DNA of 6,019 nucleotides from Candidatus Wukongarchaeum yapensis. Its GTDB lineage: Archaea; Asgardarchaeota; Wukongarchaeia; Wukongarchaeales; Wukongarchaeaceae. The stretch covers positions 1-6,019 of the forward strand of contig JAEOSI010000146.1 in assembly GCA_016840425.1 (NCBI GenBank). Reading direction: 5' to 3'. Shown piece after piece: positions 1 through 4,904 of this stretch (positions within the stretch are counted from its first letter, which is position 1; each line of letters opens with the position of its first letter). The translations under genes and the position numbers were made by a program. The notes under the pieces were generated by a model that saw only the letters and a program-made list of their open reading frames with translations, ran no database searches and was not told the origin of the DNA.

Positions 1-591
1 TTGTCTTCTTTTTTAGGAGATTTTTCCATTGCTTTTTTTAATCTATTTGTTATGCTCAACGCTATAGGTAATGTGCCCATATTTTTAACCTTGACGAACG
101 GTTTTTCATCACAAGACAGAAGAGAAATCGCGAAAAAAAGCGCAATAGTAGCCAGTTCTATTGTTTTAGTTTTCATTTTTTTTGGTCAGTATATCCTTGA
201 TTTTTTTCAAATAGAAACTGATGATTTCTTTATTGCGGGGGGTCTTGTTTTATTAATAATTGCTCTTGATTTCACTATTGGAAGAAATATTGTTCGTTCT
301 TACATAGTAAATAAAGAAGAGCTTGCTGTGGTACCCTTGGGAACACCTCTCCTTGCTGGTCCTGGAACTATAACGATGAGTATCATTTTAACCTACGATT
401 ATGGCGTGTTCGTGACTGCCTTTGCTGCCCTGGCAAATGGGGTAATTGCTTGGCTGATATTAAGGTACAGCGACTTAGTGATTCAAAAAATTGGTAGCAG
501 TGGTATTAATGCTGCTTCGCGAGTCCTAGGTTTGTTATTAGCAGCGATAGCTATAGGCATGATAAGACGCGGTCTAACCGGCTTGATATGA
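1..591 (+). CDS. marC: MarC (UPF0056/SNAT) family six-TM membrane protein
   Basis: Hydrophobic 196-aa ORF with MarC hallmarks: LFVMLNAIGNVPIF (N-term NPxG-like), FFIAGGLVLLIIA, LAVVPLGTPLLAGPGTIT (PLAxPxxAGPG), and IGSSGINAASRVLGLLLAAIAIGMI. The TTG start sits at base 1, so the true start may lie slightly upstream. Confidence 0.92.
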   Translation: MSSFLGDFSIAFFNLFVMLNAIGNVPIFLTLTNGFSSQDRREIAKKSAIVASSIVLVFIFFGQYILDFFQIETDDFFIAGGLVLLIIALDFTIGRNIVRSYIVNKEELAVVPLGTPLLAGPGTITMSIILTYDYGVFVTAFAALANGVIAWLILRYSDLVIQKIGSSGINAASRVLGLLLAAIAIGMIRRGLTGLI

Positions 592-595
592 AAAA

Positions 596-610
596 GCATT
601 ATTTTAATGC
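596..610. other. Short perfect palindrome GCATTA-TTT-TAATGC just after the marC stop (possible terminator hairpin or protein-binding site)
   Basis: Direct inspection: 6-bp arms with a 3-nt loop, 5 nt after TGA. Function not demonstrated. Confidence 0.25.
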
Positions 611-829
611 CAAAAAATTGTTTAATTGACAAAAATGGGAAGAATGGTTGAAAAGTTAAGAGATTAGTTATTTTTTAGATATATTCTCAAAATAATTTTA
701 TTAAGGCAAAGGTTGGAGACTATTAATATGTCCTTATATAGTGTTTTTTTGTGATAGAACTTAAAGAGTAGGAAATTTTTAGTAATGTGATCTTTTTTTG
801 TTTTAGGTTGTAAGTTTGAAAATTTCAAG

Positions 830-1006
830 ATGATTGTTTACGAGGGATCTCGGATTAAAAAGAAGGTTCCTATGAGGGAAGAAGGATTGTTAGAAGGAAG
901 GAAATCTTCGAAGTATATTTTGCGTGTTATAAAAAAACAAGGATCTTATTTTTTTCCAATTAGTACGGTCTTGAAAGGTAAAAAAGGAAAATTGTTGCAA
1001 AAATGA
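830..1006 (+). CDS. 58-aa ORF below the track threshold; either a coupled small protein or the frameshifted N-terminus of the downstream GNAT
   Basis: ATG at 830 reads MIVYEGSRIKKKVPMREEGLLEGRKSSKYILRVIKKQGSYFFPISTVLKGKKGKLLQK*. Its TGA (1004-1006) overlaps the GNAT ATG (1003-1005) as ATGA. Confidence 0.4.
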   Translation: MIVYEGSRIKKKVPMREEGLLEGRKSSKYILRVIKKQGSYFFPISTVLKGKKGKLLQK

Positions 1007-1338
1007 CAGTAGACGAATTCACCCCTAAATTGTATAGATTATTCAAAATTTACGTAGACACTAATTTTAGAAATAAGGGATACGGAACGATTTTAATGAA
1101 CAAGTTTGTAGATTTTTTAGAGGAGAGAAATGCGACAGCGACCCTTGTTGCGAAACCTTTTGAAGAAGATGGGAAAGAGTTGGCAAGAAAGGAGTTCATA
1201 GAGAGGAGGAAAGGTCTTATAAGATGGTATTCAAATTTCGGTTTCAAGCTGTTAAAACCTTATACAGAAAAGCAACTTAATCATTCTGATATGAGCATAC
1301 ACATGATACGAAGGCCGGAAAAGCAGTCAAATAGTTAG
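1003..1338 (+). CDS. GNAT-family N-acetyltransferase (short, possibly 5'-truncated by a frameshift)
   Basis: Acetyl-CoA motif A in IYVDTNFRNKGYGTILM (R/Q-x-x-G-x-G), then a beta strand TLVAKP, then motif B-like LIRWYSNFGF. Confidence 0.82.
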   Translation: MTVDEFTPKLYRLFKIYVDTNFRNKGYGTILMNKFVDFLEERNATATLVAKPFEEDGKELARKEFIERRKGLIRWYSNFGFKLLKPYTEKQLNHSDMSIHMIRRPEKQSNS

Positions 1339-1370
1339 AGAGTTTGCCTTCTAATTTTTAACTTATTGCA

Positions 1371-1386
1371 GCGAAAGTTTTTTAAA
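1371..1386 (+). promoter_or_regulatory. Candidate archaeal promoter (BRE + TATA box)
   Basis: GCGAAAG directly followed by TTTTTTAAA matches the BRE-TATA arrangement, about 45 nt upstream of the ATG at 1433. Confidence 0.5.
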
Positions 1387-1432
1387 GCTAAAGCATGGGA
1401 AATTAGAAACAATTTTGGCAGATTGAAACTCC

Positions 1433-1645
1433 ATGATTAAAAAAACATCCAGAAAGAAATCCCAAAAACGCGGGGAAAAGGGTGAACAAAAAAGAAAAAC
1501 ATTAGGACCAGTACCAAACCTTGAGGTAAATCCAAACCCTGGCTGGTGCTGGGACGGTCACTTGGCAAAAATTGCAGGAATGTCTTATGCTAAAATGCTT
1601 GAAGCTATTTTACGAGCAGCCGAAGAACGGTTGAAAATCAAATAA
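1433..1645 (+). pseudogene. Gene relic: C-terminal ~45 aa of a D-Ala-D-Ala-ligase-like ATP-grasp protein behind an unrelated Lys/Arg-rich leader
   Basis: LEVNPNPGWCWDGHLAK-IAGMSYAKMLEAILRAAEERL contains the ATP-grasp E-x-N motif (EVNPNPG) and the terminal helix of Ddl-like ligases. The rest of the ~300-aa fold is absent, and residues 1-25 are low-complexity basic. Confidence 0.75.
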
Positions 1646-1670
1646 TGCGAAAGATTGAAGGAAATACTGC

Positions 1671-1716
1671 AAACATAGACCTAAAACTACTTAAAACATA
1701 GACCTAAAACTACTTA
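1671..1716. repeat. Perfect 23-bp tandem duplication (AAACATAGACCTAAAACTACTTA x2)
   Basis: 1671-1693 is identical to 1694-1716. Two units with no spacer, so not CRISPR. Confidence 0.95.
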
Positions 1717-1812
1717 AAAAACTTCATCTTTCTCCATTAAAATTCTGATTATTTAGAACTTTTTTATGAATTGTGACATAAAATTGGAGAGAGAATTTGT
1801 TAATTTGTGGTT

Positions 1813-1851
1813 ATCCGTCTTTCGTCGGTTCAAATCCAGTCCTTGGCTCCA
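1813..1851 (+). tRNA. Degenerate 3' half of tRNA-Cys (positions 38-76, no 5' half in the window); att-like fragment
   Basis: ATCCGT-CTTTC-GTCGG-TTCAAAT-CCAGT-CCTTGGC-T-CCA. It has a canonical T-loop, the acceptor 3' strand CCTTGGC (pairs with GCCAAGG of archaeal tRNA-Cys), the U73 discriminator typical of Cys, and an encoded CCA. The T-stem has two G-U pairs and one C-A mismatch. A T6 tract follows at 1865-1870. Confidence 0.75.
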
Positions 1852-1885
1852 AAAACCAATTAAATTTTTTGTTTACCGAAAGATT

Positions 1886-2170
1886 TTAGTCTTCAGATCC
1901 TTCGTAATCTTCTTCTCCTTCCATAAATTCTAAAACTTGTCTATAACTCTCTTCCCTTTCTTCTTCTTCTATCCCTTCCCTTCTCTTTTTTAGAGGGGTT
2001 GTGACTGTTATAACTTCTTCGCGTGGGGAATGTTTTACTTCTCTTATCAGCTTGTACGTGTTTTCCTCCCCTCCAGTTTTCTGGTATCCGCATTTTGGGC
2101 AAACGAGTTTCATGCCTTTCTTGTCCTTTTTTGGTTTTAAAAGTTTCCCACATTTGTCGCAGAACTGCAT
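1886..2170 (-). CDS. TFS/RpoM (Rpb9/A12/C11-family) paralog with N-terminal Zn ribbon only and an acidic C-terminal tail
   Basis: MQFCDKCGKLL...LVCPKCGY = CxxC-x16-CxxC, as in the TFS N-ribbon, plus the TFS-like linker YKLIREVKHSPREEVITV. There is no second ribbon and no QTRxADE motif. 15 of the last 30 residues are D/E. A purine-rich SD-like GAGGAGAAGTGA lies 6 nt upstream of the ATG. Confidence 0.85.
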   Translation of the reverse strand: MQFCDKCGKLLKPKKDKKGMKLVCPKCGYQKTGGEENTYKLIREVKHSPREEVITVTTPLKKRREGIEEEEREESYRQVLEFMEGEEDYEGSED

Positions 2171-2441
2171 TGTTAATCACTTCTCCTCTTTTTTTTATCC
2201 CTTTTTGTGAACCAAATAAACCCTATTTGTTAGCTTTTTTTATTTGAATTTTCGGTATGGATCTTGTCAGTTATTTTTTCTATGCGTTTTGTACGATGTT
2301 TTTTTATGATATTCCCCTTACTGTGATTTTTGCCTGAGATCGCTACCGTTTTAGTTTTTATGTTTGTGGCATGTTATAGGATGTTTTTTTTAAGATGTTT
2401 TTAAGCAGAGAGGGTGAATGTCTACGTATTTATATCTATCT

Positions 2442-2525
2442 GAATATCTTCATATTATACTATTTAATCTAATATGGTGATATTACTTTAAAGAGATTGT
2501 ACTTTAATCTTATATGGTGATATTA
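2442..2525. promoter_or_regulatory. Three palindromic operator-like sites (AATAT-N4-ATATT type) in the divergent intergenic region
   Basis: GAATAT-CTTC-ATATTA (2442-2457), TAATAT-GGTG-ATATTA (2470-2485) and TTATAT-GGTG-ATATTA (2510-2525). The last two are each followed by CTTTAAA. Confidence 0.55.
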
Positions 2526-2540
2526 CTTTAAATTAATTGT
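2461..2540. repeat. Imperfect 40-bp tandem direct repeat (2 copies, 34/40 identical)
   Basis: tatttaatctaatatggtgatattactttaaagagattgt versus actttaatcttatatggtgatattactttaaattaattgt. Confidence 0.9.
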
Positions 2541-2626
2541 GTTGGAATTGTTTAAATAATGGGGAAAAGATGGGGTGTAATAATAATGTTAGATAAATTT
2601 TTCTTCTTTGATGAGGATGGGATTGT

Positions 2627-4633
2627 ATGGAGAAGAAAGAAGATTTTGCGTCTGAGATATTTGACTTGTTAAGGGGTCTTATCCTTTCTGGGGAGAAGCA
2701 TTCGATATGGGCTCAGAGGGGTGCTTCGGTGGGCATTTCTTTACCTTTTGTTGGTGAGTGTACTTCAGAAGTTTTAGAAATTTTAGCACCGATTGCTAAT
2801 AGTAGCAAAATAACTTCTGTTAGAAGTGGTAGTATTATTGCTCATTCATTGTTGTTTCAAGGTTGTGGGGAAGAGGGTTTACCCCTTTTAGAATCTTTTA
2901 TTTCAGACAAGGATAATGATGTTAGATTAGCGTCAATTATGGGTTTAGGCCTTCTTTTTTATGGACTCAATAAGGATCTTTCACTGTTTGAACCGTTACT
3001 TGAGGAGAAAGATGGAAAAATTAGGCGAAATGTCGGGATCGGTATCGGGTTAGCGTTTTTTGGTAGTGGTGATCTTGATGCCTTAAATGTTTTAAGGCAA
3101 CTTATAGAGGATGGAGATCCTCATGTGAGAGAGGGGGCTATTATTGGTCTAGGCATGGTTTTGAACAAGTTCGAGGATAAAGCAACTTTACGGTTTTTAA
3201 AGGACATGATTGGTAAAGAGGAAGATGGGAATATTAGGCGTCTTGCAACTTTTTCTATGGCTTTATTATTTGAGGGTAGTGGGAATATTGATGTTTTAGA
3301 AGAGTTGGTGAAAATATTTGAAAAACGTGATGATGATTATCTTTTCGAAGGCGCTGTTTTAGGTATTGGAACCTTGTTTCATGGAACCAAAGATTCCCAA
3401 GCTTTAACTTTGTTAGAATCACTAATAAGCGATGAAGATCCTTTTATCAGACGATCTGCCACTATAGGAATCTCTCTTATTCTTCACGGGAGTACAGATA
3501 TACGCGGTTTAAGAATACTCAAACCTCTAGTCTATGACCCTGACATCAATGTGGCTCGCTTCGCTGTTCTCAGTATTGGGATAGTTTTTCAAGGAACTGG
3601 GGATTATAGGGCCTTCCAAATTTTAAAAGCAATACTGGAAGAAAAAGAGTTAAAACCGTTTAAGGAGATTCGCCACGACGCAATAATCGCCATCGGTTTA
3701 TTGTTTCAAGGTATAAGAGATGAAAGCGTGATAAAATTTTTAGACAAAAATTTAAAAGAAAAAGACTGGTTTTTGCGCGAAGGTGCCGCCATTAGCTTAG
3801 GATTATTAGGGTCAAAAAAAGGGTTTGTCCCCCTTGGATTACTCCGTGATTTCGGTTTAGCCCTATGGCCAGAACTATATACTATAAACGTTGGCAAAAC
3901 AGAGTTAAAAGGCGAGGTTATTCTTGCTCCTAAACCCCTAATAGATCCTTTGGTAAACTATTTAGCAGATTTATTGAACGTTAACCACATTCTAATAATT
4001 ATAAAAGACAGTGGCATAAACATTTTTGAAAAAAATTTTAGGGGCGGAATAGAGCAACCTCTTTTAGTGTCTGGCTTAATTTCTGCCTTAACTAACTTTC
4101 TGCAAGAGATACGGGAAAACTCAAAAAAAGAGAAGGCTAAAGACCTTTTAATGCCCTGGCGAGAACTCGGTGAAGCTGGAGGACACATAGGGATAGTTGA
4201 AGGTAAGCTTACACTAACTGCAGTATTTTCCAAAATCAGGATGCAAAGTAACGAGTTCAAGGAAAGATTACGAGAGTTCGTGCGTTCATTCGAGGAAAGA
4301 TTTCAAAACCAACTAATGAGTTTTTCAGGCTATCTTCAAGTTTTTGATCCTGCTTTTACCCTTATGGAAGAGCAACTTCATGTGGATTACTTATACCCCC
4401 ATCACTTTAACAGCTCAAAATATCTAGCCGAACATCTTTTAGAAGAAACCCTCAGCATAGGACAAATAATTCGTGAATATTCAAGCGAACTTGGACCTGA
4501 TAACCCTTTTTACCTCGAAGACATCATTTTGCGCGCCATCGTCACCCTCCGAAAAACAAATTACGAAGAAGTATTAAAAGCGATAATAGAATTACGAGAT
4601 AAAAACATCCTCAGCCCCATACCGAAAACCTGA
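2627..4633 (+). CDS. PC-repeat (Rpn1/Rpn2-like HEAT-related alpha-solenoid) protein fused to a longin/roadblock-like domain and a putative C-terminal winged helix
   Basis: aa ~31-396 hold 11 repeats of ~33-39 aa, consensus R-x-[GS]A-x-h-G-h-G-L-h-F-x-G-[ST]-G-D-x-x-h-L-x-x-L-x-x-h-h-x-D-x-D-x-x-h. aa ~452-585 read HILIIIKDSGINIF...LVSGLISALTNFLQEI...IGIVEG...LREFVRSFEERF (longin-like). aa ~605-668 end in YEEVLKAIIELRDKNILSP (wHTH-like). SD-like GAGGATG upstream. The CDS itself is certain; the domain names are pattern-based. Confidence 0.85.
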   Translation: MEKKEDFASEIFDLLRGLILSGEKHSIWAQRGASVGISLPFVGECTSEVLEILAPIANSSKITSVRSGSIIAHSLLFQGCGEEGLPLLESFISDKDNDVRLASIMGLGLLFYGLNKDLSLFEPLLEEKDGKIRRNVGIGIGLAFFGSGDLDALNVLRQLIEDGDPHVREGAIIGLGMVLNKFEDKATLRFLKDMIGKEEDGNIRRLATFSMALLFEGSGNIDVLEELVKIFEKRDDDYLFEGAVLGIGTLFHGTKDSQALTLLESLISDEDPFIRRSATIGISLILHGSTDIRGLRILKPLVYDPDINVARFAVLSIGIVFQGTGDYRAFQILKAILEEKELKPFKEIRHDAIIAIGLLFQGIRDESVIKFLDKNLKEKDWFLREGAAISLGLLGSKKGFVPLGLLRDFGLALWPELYTINVGKTELKGEVILAPKPLIDPLVNYLADLLNVNHILIIIKDSGINIFEKNFRGGIEQPLLVSGLISALTNFLQEIRENSKKEKAKDLLMPWRELGEAGGHIGIVEGKLTLTAVFSKIRMQSNEFKERLREFVRSFEERFQNQLMSFSGYLQVFDPAFTLMEEQLHVDYLYPHHFNSSKYLAEHLLEETLSIGQIIREYSSELGPDNPFYLEDIILRAIVTLRKTNYEEVLKAIIELRDKNILSPIPKT

Positions 4634-4712
4634 AAAAATAACTGCCCATAAATCCTCCCCAATAATCAAAATACTGTTCTGACTTTTCACCTTTATAAGT
4701 GATGAAGTGGGT

Positions 4713-4877
4713 TCAGTCTAATTTTTTGAATCCGAGGCTCTCTGCTATTTCTCTAAAACATCTTCTACAAATAAATAAGCCGAACCTTCTAATTATGCCA
4801 CGATGAGTTCCACATCGCTTACACATTCTTGTTCCTTTACCATATTTCACTTTTTTTCCTTCTCCTTCTTCTGACAA
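4713..4877 (-). CDS. rps14: 30S ribosomal protein uS14 (archaeal, Zn-binding type); absent from the ORF track
   Basis: Manual translation from TTG at 4877 (GGAGG 8 nt upstream; an in-frame ATG at 4892 is an alternative) gives [54 protein letters not shown], with CxxC...CRxCFRE...GFKK. It lies in the expected position after uL5. Confidence 0.97.
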   Translation of the reverse strand: MSEEGEGKKVKYGKGTRMCKRCGTHRGIIRRFGLFICRRCFREIAESLGFKKLD

Positions 4878-4904
4878 TCTAAAAACCTCCATAGTAGTAT
4901 AAGT

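Noticed and set aside
1050-1247. 65-aa minus-strand ORF
   Set aside because: Antisense shadow of the GNAT gene with no motifs.
1433-1645. Calling this ORF a functional ddl gene or evidence of peptidoglycan synthesis
   Set aside because: Only the C-terminal fragment is present, and the EVNPNPG family is Ddl-like rather than true cell-wall Ddl.
1667-1673. CTGCAAA resembling a Cys anticodon loop upstream of the tRNA 3' half (possible long-intron tRNA)
   Set aside because: The preceding bases (AAATA) cannot pair with TCCGT, and there is no D-arm or GCCAAGG acceptor strand.
1941-2247. ORFs 1941-2180(-), 2001-2210(+) and 2023-2247(+)
   Set aside because: Alternate-frame or antisense shadows of the TFS-like gene, which has the conserved Cys pattern and SD.
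1671-2540. The 23-bp and 40-bp repeats as CRISPR arrays
   Set aside because: Each has only two directly adjacent copies with no spacers, and there are no cas genes.
3706-4260. Minus-strand ORFs 3706-3897 and 3958-4260
   Set aside because: Antisense to the 668-aa gene with no recognisable features.
2249-4644. Exact inverted matches flanking the PC gene: TTTTCGGTATGG (2249-2260 vs 4617-4628), CAGTTATTTTTTC (2268-2280 vs 4632-4644) and AGGATGTTTTT (2378-2388 vs 4601-4611), suggesting terminal inverted repeats of a cassette
   Set aside because: The block order is permuted rather than a continuous inverted repeat. The right-hand copies lie largely in coding sequence, and no target-site duplication or transposase is visible. 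AAAAACATCC also recurs at 1441-1450, so the mirrored low-complexity composition can produce such matches.
4612-4660. GGAGG plus ATG mini-ORF (MGSYFFRFSVWG) on the minus strand after uS14, as a relic of rps8
   Set aside because: It is 12 codons long, has no similarity to the uS8 N-terminus, and overlaps the PC gene 3' end.
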